Part shown: piece by piece, positions 9,882-19,974 of the stretch | Layout: each line of letters begins with the position of its first letter | How positions within the stretch are numbered: position 1 is the stretch's first letter | Assembly: GCA_937917505.1 (NCBI GenBank) | Contig: CALDMQ010000063.1 | Coordinates: 1 to 30,356 of the forward strand | Source: an uncultured Erysipelotrichaceae bacterium | GTDB lineage: Bacteria; Bacillota_I; Bacilli_A; Erysipelotrichales; Coprobacillaceae | Direction of reading: 5' to 3' | Length of the DNA: 30,356 nucleotides | Program-made: the position numbers and the translations under genes | Notes under the pieces: model-generated | What the model was told of the DNA's origin: nothing | Seen by the model: the letters and a program-made list of their open reading frames with translations, nothing else | Databases searched by the model: none

Positions 9882-11033
9882 CTAATCTTCTCCTACTCTT
9901 TTTTTAACAAAATCTCTTGCCCACGCATCAATTTCTAATAATTGATCTAAAGAAGGATTATCAATCCAAGCATGTGCATTCATCGTTTCTTCTACTAATC
10001 TTTCAATATCTAAAAAACGTATTTTATTTTCTCTAAACAAAGCATTTGCTTGTTCATTAGCTCCATTTAAAACGCAGGGCATAGAACCCCCTTGACGACC
10101 AGCTTTATAAGCAAGTTCAAGTGCTTTAAAACGTTTAAAATCTGGTTTATAAAAATGAAGTGTTCCCACATCAGCTAAAGATAAACGTTTCGCATTCATC
10201 ATTTCAAAACGATTTGGGTAAGTCAAAGCATATTGAATTGGTAATCGCATATCTGGTGTACCTAGTTGAGCAATTACAGCTGTATCCTGATATTCAACCA
10301 TAGAATGAATGATACTTTCTGGATGAATCAAAACTTCAATATCATCATAATCAACATCAAATAACCATTTTGCTTCCATAACCTCTAAACCTTTGTTGAA
10401 TAACGTTGCACTGTCAATCGTGATTTTTGCACCCATATTCCAATTTGGGTGTTTCAATGCTTGTTCAACAGTTACATTCTCTAATTCTTCTCTTGTTTTA
10501 TCTCTAAAACTTCCACCACTAGCAGTTAAGATAATTTTAGAAATCTCATGATGTTGTTCACCATTCATAGATTGAAAAACAGCTGAATGTTCACTATCAA
10601 CTGGTAATAATGACACACCGTATTTTTTAGCAAGCGGAACAATCAAATGTCCAGCCACAACTAAAGTTTCTTTATTTGCTAAAGCGATATCTTTGCTTGC
10701 TTCAATAGCTTTCATTGTCGGTAATAAACCTGCAAATCCTACAATTGCATTTAAAACAATATCAACTTCCTCAATTGTCGCAATAGTCATTAATCCTTCA
10801 GTTCCATAATAAAAACTTTTATCAGGATATTTATCTTGTAAATAGTTATAATCTTCTTTATTTTGAACACAAATATGCCTAACAGAAATATCATTCATAA
10901 TTTCTTCTAATAACTTGATATTTCTTCCTGCACTCATTGCTACAATTTCAAAAAGTTCAGGATGATTTTTAACTACATCAACAGTTTGTGTTCCTATTGA
11001 TCCTGTAACACCTAATACAGTTATCTTTTTCAT
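9882..11033 (-). CDS. dxr: 1-deoxy-D-xylulose 5-phosphate reductoisomerase
   Basis: GVTGSIG, LANKETLV, PVDSEHSA, LTASGG, HPNWNMGAKITIDSAT and PDMRLPI motifs. Confidence 0.98.
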   Translation of the reverse strand: MKKITVLGVTGSIGTQTVDVVKNHPELFEIVAMSAGRNIKLLEEIMNDISVRHICVQNKEDYNYLQDKYPDKSFYYGTEGLMTIATIEEVDIVLNAIVGFAGLLPTMKAIEASKDIALANKETLVVAGHLIVPLAKKYGVSLLPVDSEHSAVFQSMNGEQHHEISKIILTASGGSFRDKTREELENVTVEQALKHPNWNMGAKITIDSATLFNKGLEVMEAKWLFDVDYDDIEVLIHPESIIHSMVEYQDTAVIAQLGTPDMRLPIQYALTYPNRFEMMNAKRLSLADVGTLHFYKPDFKRFKALELAYKAGRQGGSMPCVLNGANEQANALFRENKIRFLDIERLVEETMNAHAWIDNPSLDQLLEIDAWARDFVKKRVGED

Positions 11034-11036
11034 ATA

Positions 11037-11822
11037 TTACACCCCCAATGCTATAAAATGAAGTAACACACCTAAAACCATGGCATTAAACAATAACGAA
11101 TCAAAACGATCTAACACACCACCATGTCCAGGAAATAATTGAGAATAATCTTTGACTTCAAAAGTTCTCTTAATACTACTAAAAGTTAAATCTCCAATTT
11201 GTCCAGTAACAGTTAAAATTAAACATGTCATAACAAAAAATACTAAAGGAATATCTATTTGAATATATGCTCCATAAGCAACAGAAAGTACAGTTCCAAG
11301 TAACATTCCGCCCAATGACCCTTCGATTGTCTTTTTTGGAGAAAGACGAGGATTCAATTTATGTTTACCAAAGAACATTCCTGTAAAATAAGCCCCTGTA
11401 TCAGTTCCAAATGTCGCTAAAGCAATAATAATCAAATAATTAATTCCATAATTCATACGAAGTTGATAGAGGATATGGAACCCCATTGCTATTAAAACAC
11501 CCGCAGTAAAATAATAGCAAACACGCGTAAAATTCATGCCATCATCAAACATACTACAAGCAAGTAAAGCAATCATATAAAGTAAAATAATTTCTGTTCG
11601 AATAAAGAAGGCATGTTCTAAAAATAAAGAATAGAACATAAAAATACCAACAAGTGGATATAAATAAATATTTGCTTTTGGTCGATCACAGATAGATAAC
11701 ATTTCAAAAACACCGCCAGCTGCTAATGCAGCAATCATAAGTTGAAACGGTATTTGTCCAATGATAACACATGGTAAAATAACCGCAATTAAAACAATAG
11801 CAGTAATAATACGCGTTTTCAT
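11037..11822 (-). CDS. cdsA: Phosphatidate cytidylyltransferase
   Basis: Multi-TM protein with DTGAYF.G, SPKKT.EG, KR...VKD and PGHGG.LDRFDS motifs. Confidence 0.96.
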   Translation of the reverse strand: MKTRIITAIVLIAVILPCVIIGQIPFQLMIAALAAGGVFEMLSICDRPKANIYLYPLVGIFMFYSLFLEHAFFIRTEIILLYMIALLACSMFDDGMNFTRVCYYFTAGVLIAMGFHILYQLRMNYGINYLIIIALATFGTDTGAYFTGMFFGKHKLNPRLSPKKTIEGSLGGMLLGTVLSVAYGAYIQIDIPLVFFVMTCLILTVTGQIGDLTFSSIKRTFEVKDYSQLFPGHGGVLDRFDSLLFNAMVLGVLLHFIALGV

Positions 11823-12568
11823 TTTATAACACCTCCAAAACGTCTTTCTCTTCCTTGATAAATAGCAATAGCTCTATGAAGTTCATGTTCATCAAAATCA
11901 GGCCATAATGTTTCATCAAACACGAATTCAGCATACGCCAATTGCCAAGGCAAAAAATTAGACAAACGACATTCTCCACTACTTCTTACCATTAAATCTA
12001 CCGGTGGTAAATCAGCAGTCATTAAATGTTTTTCAAAATAATCTTCAGTAATATCATCTAAAGAAATTTCATTATTTTTATATTGTTCACAAATTCTCTT
12101 TGTTGTTTGAACAATTTCATCACGTCCACCGTAAATAAATGCAAAAGTCAAAATCAATCCTGTATTTGATGCTGTACGATCAATAGCAACTTGAATAATA
12201 TCTTGTGTTTCTTGTGGAGCCATTTCTAAATGTCCAATATAGCGAATTTGAACATTATTACCAATCAACTCTTCTAGATACAAATCAAAAAACTCTTTAG
12301 GGAGCTTAAAGATATATTTTACTTCACTTGCCTCTCTTTTAAAATTTTCAGTAGAGAAAGCATAAACCGTCATTGCTTTAACACCTAAACGATTGGCTTC
12401 TAAAGCAAGTGTACGAATTGTCTTAGTTCCTTCATGATGACCATAAGTACGTGGCATCTTTCTTCTCTTTGCCCATCTTCCATTACCATCCATAATAAAT
12501 GCAATATGGGTAGGTATATTATTCATATCTAAATCATAATTTTCCTTTTTCTTTTTATTAAAAAACAT
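11819..12568 (-). CDS. uppS: Undecaprenyl diphosphate synthase
   Basis: HIAFIMDGNGRWA, YAFSTEN, RSSGE.RLSNFL and RERRFGG motifs. Confidence 0.97.
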   Translation of the reverse strand: MFFNKKKKENYDLDMNNIPTHIAFIMDGNGRWAKRRKMPRTYGHHEGTKTIRTLALEANRLGVKAMTVYAFSTENFKREASEVKYIFKLPKEFFDLYLEELIGNNVQIRYIGHLEMAPQETQDIIQVAIDRTASNTGLILTFAFIYGGRDEIVQTTKRICEQYKNNEISLDDITEDYFEKHLMTADLPPVDLMVRSSGECRLSNFLPWQLAYAEFVFDETLWPDFDEHELHRAIAIYQGRERRFGGVIK

Positions 12569-12612
12569 AATCTCACCTCATACTGCGTTCATTATATCAA
12601 AATTTTAAATAT

Positions 12613-12640
12613 AATAAAAGAGAATAGTCTCCTATTCTCT
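12613..12640 (-). terminator. Intrinsic terminator after frr
   Basis: Minus strand AGAGAATAG-GAGA-CTATTCTCT followed by TTTATT. An extended -10 (TGATATAAT, 12599-12591) just downstream may restart transcription for uppS. Confidence 0.65.
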
Positions 12641-13184
12641 AAACAGTTAACAATTCTTCTTCTTTATCTTTAGTAAGAGCATCAACTTTTTTAACATATT
12701 CATCTGTTAATTTTTGAACTTTTTCTTTACTTTGTTTCACTTGATCTTCAGGTAAATCTGCACCTTCTACATCATCATTAGCACTACGTCTAATATTTCT
12801 TAATGCAACCTTCGCATCTTCAGCATATTTTTTTACTTGCTTAACAAAATCTTTTCTTCTTTCTTCTGTTAATGGTGGAATTGTAATACGAATCACTTCA
12901 CCATCATTTTGAGGAGTTAAACCTAAATTTGCTTCAAAAATAGCATGTTCAATATCTTTTAAGATACTTTTATCATATGGTTTTACAACCAATTGACGAC
13001 CTTCTACAACAGAAATACCTGAAGTTTGATTTAAAGGTGTTTTTTCTCCCCAGTAATCAACCATAACGCGATCTAACATATTAGGGTTTGCACGTCCAGC
13101 TCTTACTGTTGATAATTCATTATTAAAAGCCTCAATTGTTTTATTCATTTTTTCTTTTGTTTCTTCTAAAATTAAATTCAACAT
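12639..13184 (-). CDS. frr: Ribosome recycling factor
   Basis: RAGRANP, PPLTEERRK and ALRNIRR motifs. Start moved to the ATG at 13184 (SD AAGGAG within the end of pyrH). Confidence 0.96.
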   Translation of the reverse strand: MLNLILEETKEKMNKTIEAFNNELSTVRAGRANPNMLDRVMVDYWGEKTPLNQTSGISVVEGRQLVVKPYDKSILKDIEHAIFEANLGLTPQNDGEVIRITIPPLTEERRKDFVKQVKKYAEDAKVALRNIRRSANDDVEGADLPEDQVKQSKEKVQKLTDEYVKKVDALTKDKEEELLTV

Positions 13185-13185
13185 C

Positions 13186-13917
<732 letters not shown>

Positions 13918-13925
13918 TTATTTTA

Positions 13926-13956
13926 CAAGAAAAGGGCACAAAAAGTGTCCTCCCCC
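13926..13956 (-). terminator. Putative intrinsic terminator after tsf
   Basis: Minus strand AGGACAC-TTTTT-GTGCCCT (imperfect stem) followed by TTTCTT. Confidence 0.45.
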
Positions 13957-13965
13957 GATTATTTT

Positions 13966-14853
13966 TTACCCCTTAATTTGAGCAGCAACTTCGTCAGCGA
14001 AGTTTTCTTCTCTTTTTTGTAAACCTTCACCAACTTGATAACGTACCATTTCTAAAACTTGACCATTACCTAAATATTGAGCCACTGTCATATCAGGATC
14101 TTTAATAAATTCTTGATCTACTAAGCACATTTCTTTTAAATTTTTATTTAAACGACCTTCAACCATTTTTTCAATAATGTTTTCTGGTTTTGGTTTTGCA
14201 CTTGCAGCGTTTTCTTCTAAAGCTTGAGTTCTTAATACATGTAATTCTCTATCTAACACTTCAGCAGGAATAGCTGTTCTGTCGATATATTGAGGTGCAC
14301 TAGCAGCAACATGCATAGCAATATCTTTAGCTTTATCAGCATCAGTATTTGCTAATTTAACTAAGGCAGACATTTTTCCACCCATATGTGAGTATGAACC
14401 AAATGTTTCATCAGCATTTTTAGTTAATACAGTAAATCTTCTTAAACTTAATTTTTCTCCAATTTTGCCGCTCTTTTCAGCAATAACTGTTTCTAAATCT
14501 TTACCTTCAAGATCTAATTTTAATGCAGCTTCAACATCAGTTGGATTTCCTTTTAAAATAGTTGATGCGATTAAATGAACTAATTCTTGGAATTCAGCAT
14601 TTTTAGCTACGAAGTCTGTTTCAGAGTTTACTTCAACAATTGCTGCTGCGTCTCCATCAACAACAAAAGCAGTTAAACCTTCAGCAGCGATACGATCTGC
14701 TTTCTTTGCAGCTTTTGCAATTCCTTTTTCTCTTAACCAGTCGAAAGATGCTTCTAAATCACCATCACATGCTTCTAATGCTTTTTTACAATCCATCATT
14801 CCAGCACCAGTTTTTTCACGTAATTCTTTTACTAATTTTGCACTAATTGCCAT
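13966..14853 (-). CDS. tsf: Elongation factor Ts
   Basis: LVKELREKTGAGMMDCKKAL and EVNSETDFVAKN motifs. ATG at 14853 with SD GGAGG. Confidence 0.98.
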   Translation of the reverse strand: MAISAKLVKELREKTGAGMMDCKKALEACDGDLEASFDWLREKGIAKAAKKADRIAAEGLTAFVVDGDAAAIVEVNSETDFVAKNAEFQELVHLIASTILKGNPTDVEAALKLDLEGKDLETVIAEKSGKIGEKLSLRRFTVLTKNADETFGSYSHMGGKMSALVKLANTDADKAKDIAMHVAASAPQYIDRTAIPAEVLDRELHVLRTQALEENAASAKPKPENIIEKMVEGRLNKNLKEMCLVDQEFIKDPDMTVAQYLGNGQVLEMVRYQVGEGLQKREENFADEVAAQIKG

Positions 14854-14877
14854 TTTCTTTTCCTCCATTAATTTTTA

Positions 14878-14905
14878 TAAAAAAAGGAAAGCCTCGGCCT
14901 TCCTT
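14878..14905 (-). terminator. Intrinsic terminator/attenuator between rpsB and tsf
   Basis: Minus strand AAGGAAGGCC-GA-GGCTTTCCTT followed by a T-run. Confidence 0.6.
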
Positions 14906-14912
14906 AAATTAA

Positions 14913-15770
14913 CTATGCTTCAGTTTTTTGTTCAGCTTCAGCTGGTTTGCTTACTTCAGCAGTTTTTCTAGGACGAGCATTGTTTTTATATCTTGGTCCT
15001 CTTTGTTTGCTTTCTTCTACAGAAGCAACAGCATCATTCATTGATACTTCTTTATCATCTTCATCTTTAACATAAGCAACAGTTAAAGGTTCACCTTTTG
15101 CTTCACATACAGCATCAGCCATTGCAGCAACGATTAATTTAACTGCTCTAATAGCATCATCGTTTGCTGGGATTACATAATCCACTTCATCAGGATCACA
15201 GTTTGTATCAACGATACCGAATACTGGAATTCCTAAAATTTTAGCTTCAGCCACAGCGTTATGTTCAACTTTAGGATCTACTACAAATAAAGCATTTGGT
15301 AATCTTCTCATTTCTTTGATACCACCTAAGTTCTTTTCTAACTTAGCTTTTTCTTTCATCATTAAGACTGCTTCTTTTTTAGTAAATAATTCTAAAGTTC
15401 CGTCTTCTTCCATTTTTTCTAATTCTTTTAATCTTCTAATTCTCTTTTGAATAGTTTTGAAGTTTGTTAAAGTTCCACCTAACCAACGAGAATTAACATA
15501 GAAGCTTCCAGATCTTTCTGCTTCTTCTTTAACAGCTTCTTGAGCTTGTTTTTTAGTTCCTACAAAAAGAACTTTTCCACCTTTAGCAACGATATCCATT
15601 AAAGCTGTATAAGCTTCATCGATTTTATCAGATGATTTCTTTAAATCAATAATGTAGATCCCGTTTCTTGCAGTGAAGATGTATGGAGCCATTTTTGGAT
15701 TCCATCTTTTTGTTTGATGCCCGAAGTGAACACCAACTTCTAATAATTTTTTCATTGAAATTACTGCCAT
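14913..15770 (-). CDS. rpsB: 30S ribosomal protein S2
   Basis: [28 protein letters not shown] and PANDDAIR motifs. ATG at 15770 with SD AGGAGG. Confidence 0.98.
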   Translation of the reverse strand: MAVISMKKLLEVGVHFGHQTKRWNPKMAPYIFTARNGIYIIDLKKSSDKIDEAYTALMDIVAKGGKVLFVGTKKQAQEAVKEEAERSGSFYVNSRWLGGTLTNFKTIQKRIRRLKELEKMEEDGTLELFTKKEAVLMMKEKAKLEKNLGGIKEMRRLPNALFVVDPKVEHNAVAEAKILGIPVFGIVDTNCDPDEVDYVIPANDDAIRAVKLIVAAMADAVCEAKGEPLTVAYVKDEDDKEVSMNDAVASVEESKQRGPRYKNNARPRKTAEVSKPAEAEQKTEA

Positions 15771-15794
15771 TGTAACTTCCTCCTTTTTGTTTTT

Positions 15795-15865
15795 TTCCTC
15801 CATTGTTTCTAACATTTTTCACCATTTCTGGCACTCGAAAAACGAATTCACAATGTGTGTATTTT
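15795..15865 (-). promoter_or_regulatory. Putative S2-binding autoregulatory leader of rpsB
   Basis: The 5' UTR reads ACACAC-ATTGT...GTGCC...GG...ACAAT-GGAGG, with a complementary ATTGT/ACAAT closing helix. Resembles the conserved rpsB leader RNA; recognised by eye, with no covariance-model search. Confidence 0.6.
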
Positions 15866-15878
15866 TAATACCTGAGAT

Positions 15879-15907
15879 ATAATACCATAAACAATCACAA
15901 AAAACAA
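15879..15907 (-). promoter_or_regulatory. Putative sigmaA promoter of rpsB-tsf
   Basis: TTGTTT (15907-15902), 17 bp spacer, TATTAT (15884-15879) with an extended -10 TG. Confidence 0.6.
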
Positions 15908-15917
15908 GATATATTCC

Positions 15918-16676
15918 TCATTTTCTCTGTTTTACTCGCTTTAATAGTTCAAAATAGATATGAGATTGATGGACAAAGCGATGATTCACAAAATAATAAT
16001 TTTCATACCCTCTTTTAAACTCCCACTTTCTATGAAATGCAACTTTCTTATGCATAGGCATTGTAGGAATACGACTAAAAAACTCTCTTAAATAAACAGG
16101 GATACTTCTGTAATATTGAAATTGTTGATAAAAAAGAAAAGGAATAATCATAGACGTTTCGTAACTCAAATAAAAAACACTCAAAATCACAAGTGAAAAA
16201 ACTGAAATTTTTAAACTCACTTCAAATGCTTTTTTTAAATCTATACATAATTGCAATAACAAACATATCAACCTATGCCCATCCATTGGATAAATAGGTA
16301 CAAGATTAAAATAAAATATTAACGTATTCATCATTTTCAAATATTCACTTATATCATTGATAGGTAATAATTCTATAATCATAAACATGATCAAATGACT
16401 ACAAGGTCCTGCTAAAACCACACATATTTCTTCTACAATCTCATGATTATAAAAATCTTTAAGTGACAAATAAGCTCCAAAAGGCAATATCTGCACTTCT
16501 TCTATTTCAAAATGAAAATAATATGCCATCAAAAGATGGCATAACTCATGAACACACACAATTCCTAAAGAGAGTAAAAAATATTGTTCAACTCTACAAA
16601 TTAAGGAAAACAAAAGACAAATATACGTTAAGCTATGAATATGAATATTACTCAATAAACTCTTCAAATGTTTCAT
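15918..16676 (-). CDS. spoIVFB: SpoIVFB-like M50 intramembrane metalloprotease (pro-sigmaK processing)
   Basis: HELCH, LPFGA, VLAGP and NLVPIYPMDG motifs; position after minD and spoIVFA as in Bacillus. The start codon is uncertain. Confidence 0.8.
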   Translation of the reverse strand: MKHLKSLLSNIHIHSLTYICLLFSLICRVEQYFLLSLGIVCVHELCHLLMAYYFHFEIEEVQILPFGAYLSLKDFYNHEIVEEICVVLAGPCSHLIMFMIIELLPINDISEYLKMMNTLIFYFNLVPIYPMDGHRLICLLLQLCIDLKKAFEVSLKISVFSLVILSVFYLSYETSMIIPFLFYQQFQYYRSIPVYLREFFSRIPTMPMHKKVAFHRKWEFKRGYENYYFVNHRFVHQSHIYFELLKRVKQRK

Positions 16677-17232
16677 AATCCAGTTCTTTTTCACCTTGAG
16701 TAAAGACAATCAAAACTTTATCTTGATATGTGCCTAGAATTGTTGCAGCATCGACTTGATCATAAAGATTTACAAAAACATCATTCATATTTCCAAATGT
16801 CACTTCAACATTATTTTCAAGTAATACTGTGACATATTGACCTAACATATTTTGTTCTCCTACATAAATAACTCTTCCTTTTTCAAAATTTAATACCTCA
16901 TTACTTTGATTTGTATAATAGTTATCTTTTAAATGAGTATAAGAAACTTTTTTAGAAACAAGGACAGAATTGTCTTTATTTAATAAAGCATGAAACTGTG
17001 TTTGTATCCAATTTATTGACTGTTTAAAATTTTGATCATTGAAAATATAATCTTTAATCAATGTTCCATTAGGACTTACCTTCACATAAGCTCCAATTGT
17101 TACAACAACCAACAACACAACCATCGTTTTAATCATTCCATTATACAATCTTTTAAAATGATAATCAGTTAATTGTCTCTTTTGATTCTTTCTTATACGT
17201 ATACGCTTTTTTATTTCATCAATTTCATTCAC
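16648..17232 (-). CDS. spoIVFA: SpoIVFA-like membrane protein with a degenerate M23 domain
   Basis: Basic N-terminus, one TM helix and an M23-like C-terminal region (GRVIYVG...GQYVTV...V..YDQV...ILG) without the zinc-ligand histidines. GTG start with SD GAGGTG; synteny minD-spoIVFA-spoIVFB. Confidence 0.7.
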   Translation of the reverse strand: MNEIDEIKKRIRIRKNQKRQLTDYHFKRLYNGMIKTMVVLLVVVTIGAYVKVSPNGTLIKDYIFNDQNFKQSINWIQTQFHALLNKDNSVLVSKKVSYTHLKDNYYTNQSNEVLNFEKGRVIYVGEQNMLGQYVTVLLENNVEVTFGNMNDVFVNLYDQVDAATILGTYQDKVLIVFTQGEKELDYETFEEFIE

Positions 17233-17253
17233 ATGTTGTTCACCTCTTAACAC

Positions 17254-17283
17254 AACTTATGAAATATCTTATCTAAAAATACG
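17254..17283 (-). promoter_or_regulatory. Putative sigmaE promoter of the spoIVF-like operon
   Basis: Minus strand CGTATT...CATAAGTT immediately upstream of the SD. spoIVF is sigmaE-dependent in B. subtilis. Confidence 0.45.
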
Positions 17284-18045
17284 TTCAAATAAAGGTTTCT
17301 TTCTATTTTTTGGAAATGGAATCTCCTCTCCTTCTAATCTTTTTGCAATTCTTGTAAAACATTGAGATAAAAATGTATTTTCGCTCGAAGATATAGGAAC
17401 CCCTTTATTATTTGCATCAATCATTTGATAGTCATCATAAATAATCCCTAATATTGGAATAGACAAAATATCATGAGCATCTTGTATAGATAAACATCTT
17501 CCTTTTTGAACATTATCTTCATTATATTTATTAACAATCATATGTAAATTATGGATTCCTTGTTTCAACAACAATCCAATCACTCTATCAGCATCTCTTA
17601 TAGAAACAATATCCAAAGTCACAACAATAATTGCTTCATCACCTAAACGACTTGCATATTGAAAACCTTTTTCAACACCTGCCGGACTATCTATTAAAAT
17701 ATAATCAAATTCTCTTTTTAACTGATCAATCATCTTTAACATATAATCTATATTTAGATTTTCAAATGAAAGAGATTTACAAGCAGGTAATAAAAAGAGT
17801 GATGGCAATCTTTTATCCTTAACGAGAATCTGCTTCAAAGAACATTTACCACTGATGACATCTTTCAAATCAAAAAGCACACGATTTTCTAGTCCCATCA
17901 TTACATCTAAATTTTTAAGCCCAAAATCAGCATCTACCAGACATACCTTTTTACCTTGTTTAGAAAGTGCATATCCAACGTTAACACTAATACTGCTTTT
18001 ACCAACACCACCTTTACCCGATGTCAATACAATAATCCTTGTCAT
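17269..18045 (-). CDS. minD: Septum site-determining ATPase MinD
   Basis: SGKGGVGKS, DADFGLKNLD, IDSPAG and RDADRVIGLL motifs; C-terminal amphipathic LFERIF. Confidence 0.96.
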   Translation of the reverse strand: MTRIIVLTSGKGGVGKSSISVNVGYALSKQGKKVCLVDADFGLKNLDVMMGLENRVLFDLKDVISGKCSLKQILVKDKRLPSLFLLPACKSLSFENLNIDYMLKMIDQLKREFDYILIDSPAGVEKGFQYASRLGDEAIIVVTLDIVSIRDADRVIGLLLKQGIHNLHMIVNKYNEDNVQKGRCLSIQDAHDILSIPILGIIYDDYQMIDANNKGVPISSSENTFLSQCFTRIAKRLEGEEIPFPKNRKKPLFERIFR

Positions 18046-18601
18046 AATACTCCTCCCTCATGCATGTATCAATCTGTTTATTATCATATCGTTTTTTCAA
18101 TGCAAATGATGTCGTATTTTGCTTAAGTTTTTGATTTTTCAAAATATCATGTATTGTCACATTACCATAGATTTTTGCATGCTCATTCATCACTATCAAA
18201 TGGCCTGACATTTGATTTAAAAAATAAACATCTTCATAACAATAAATGTAAGCATCACTATGTATTGTTCCTAAGAACAACGTTGGTTTTGTTACATAAA
18301 TTTCTTCACCATTATAAACATCTTCTTTACTCAAATGAATATGTTGATATGAAGAAATGGTATTCATTCCTTCAAAGAGTATTTTCTTAGTTTGACTCAA
18401 AAAATTTATTAAATCAGTAATTTCATGATCTTGCATAACTCGACAACCAAAATCAAAAAAAGCTCTTGGGTAAAAACCATCTTGATTAAAAAACGGTTGA
18501 TCCAAAAGCTTTTGTAAATCATTGAACACGTCAGAAAATGCTACATCTTCACGACATTTTAAAACTAAAATTTCATTAATCCCTTTAACTTCTATATTCA
18601 T
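18014..18601 (-). CDS. minC: Divergent septum site-determining protein MinC
   Basis: N-terminal IEVKG...L, a beta-helix-like segment (VYNGEEI...LFLGTIH..A.I) and position between mreD and minD. Overlaps minD by 32 nt. Confidence 0.7.
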   Translation of the reverse strand: MNIEVKGINEILVLKCREDVAFSDVFNDLQKLLDQPFFNQDGFYPRAFFDFGCRVMQDHEITDLINFLSQTKKILFEGMNTISSYQHIHLSKEDVYNGEEIYVTKPTLFLGTIHSDAYIYCYEDVYFLNQMSGHLIVMNEHAKIYGNVTIHDILKNQKLKQNTTSFALKKRYDNKQIDTCMREEYYDKDYCIDIG

Positions 18602-19104
18602 AATTTCACCTCTGTATCGATATAGTTATAGATTCCATAGACAAGCAGTGAAAAAACAAAATTTAAACCTAGCGTTGGTAATAAACGCATAATTATAAAT
18701 TGAATTATTGGATAACTTGTCATATTGGTAACCCACATTAACCAATATACAATAATTTCAGTTATGAAAATTGTCGAAATACAAAATAGTGAAGATTCAA
18801 ACAAAGAAAACTTCTCTATTTTTATCACAAAACAACGAATAAAGGCGATTAAGAAATAAATAAGTATATATATAGCTAAAGAATGCGAATAAACAACTGT
18901 ATAATAAGTTCCACAAATGACTGCATAAAAATAATTTTCAGGACTGTCTAAATGTTTCACTAATAAAGTAAAAAACATCAATCCAATATATGGAACAATC
19001 GGGATTGTTTGGCGAGCAAAATTATAAGGTAAGAAAAAACTGATTGTACTGTCTATAACAAAACAAATTAAAATAATTAGAAACGATTTTACTAAACGAT
19101 TCAC
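18598..19104 (-). CDS. mreD: Rod shape-determining protein MreD
   Basis: 168-aa polytopic membrane protein directly after mreC with a 4-nt overlap. Confidence 0.8.
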   Translation of the reverse strand: MNRLVKSFLIILICFVIDSTISFFLPYNFARQTIPIVPYIGLMFFTLLVKHLDSPENYFYAVICGTYYTVVYSHSLAIYILIYFLIAFIRCFVIKIEKFSLFESSLFCISTIFITEIIVYWLMWVTNMTSYPIIQFIIMRLLPTLGLNFVFSLLVYGIYNYIDTEVKL

Positions 19105-19904
19105 TTGCTATTAACTCTTTGCACAACCGCAACATAATTCAATGAATCAAAATTAGCGCTTGGCTTAACTTGACAAACAGATTCGGTTGCCTCACTTTTT
19201 GGTGTAAAACTACTTACAGTACCTACCAAAATACCTTTAGGACTTTTACCCACACCACCAAGACCACTCGTTACAACTCTCGCATCTTTATCTAATTTTT
19301 CTACATCACTGAGTAATGTAATACGATATGTTTGTGTTTGCGTATCATATCTATTTAATAAACCATAATATTCTTGATTATCACTCATAATCATGACCGG
19401 TAATTGAGAATGGGGATTTTCAGCCGATAATAAAGAAACGGTTGAAGATATCTTATCAGTTTTTGTAACTGTACCAATCATACCCTTTGCACTAATCACT
19501 GCCATCCCTTCTTTGATTCCAGACGTTTCACCTAAATCTATAGTGATTTCATTTGTCCAACTTTCTACATCTCGTGAAATAACTTTGGCATATCGTACAT
19601 TATAATCAGTTGATAGAAAATCAATTTTTGTGATTTCTTTCATTTGTTCTAATTCTAAAGAAAGGGTTTCATTAATTGCTGCTTCTCTTGCATATTTATC
19701 AAGTTGTTGTTTTAAAAGTTCATTTTCTTTATAAACATCTTTTAATTCATTGAATTCTGAAAAAAGACCACTAACATATTGAATAGGTGTTTTAACAAGA
19801 TAGTATTCAATATTTGCAACTGTATCTTTTAAAATAGATTCAACAACAGTAAAAATAATAATTCTTCTTTGGAATTTCTTTTTTTGACGATCTTTATACA
19901 ACAA
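19101..19904 (-). CDS. mreC: Rod shape-determining protein MreC (N-terminal TM helix apparently missing)
   Basis: Coiled coil (KENELLKQQL), AKVISR, ITIDLG..SGIK.GMAVI, VVTSGLGG and PKGILVG motifs. TTG start with SD AAGGAGG. Confidence 0.92.
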   Translation of the reverse strand: MLYKDRQKKKFQRRIIIFTVVESILKDTVANIEYYLVKTPIQYVSGLFSEFNELKDVYKENELLKQQLDKYAREAAINETLSLELEQMKEITKIDFLSTDYNVRYAKVISRDVESWTNEITIDLGETSGIKEGMAVISAKGMIGTVTKTDKISSTVSLLSAENPHSQLPVMIMSDNQEYYGLLNRYDTQTQTYRITLLSDVEKLDKDARVVTSGLGGVGKSPKGILVGTVSSFTPKSEATESVCQVKPSANFDSLNYVAVVQRVNSK

Positions 19905-19928
19905 AATAATCCCTCCTTACATGCATTC

Positions 19929-19957
19929 ATTATAATATCTAAAATACAAAAAAGCAA
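19929..19957 (-). promoter_or_regulatory. Putative sigmaA promoter of mreC-mreD-minC-minD
   Basis: TTGCTT (19957-19952), 17 bp spacer, TATAAT (19934-19929). Confidence 0.65.
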
Positions 19958-19974
19958 ACGAAAAAAGACAAACA

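Noticed and set aside
15646..15834. 62-aa minus-strand ORF overlapping the rpsB start
   Set aside because: Out-of-frame overlap with the rpsB leader and coding region; no support as a leader peptide.
18014..18170. Odd-looking MinC C-terminus and its 32-nt overlap with minD as a further lesion
   Set aside because: The frame is intact and the length plausible. Without an alignment I cannot tell divergence from error.
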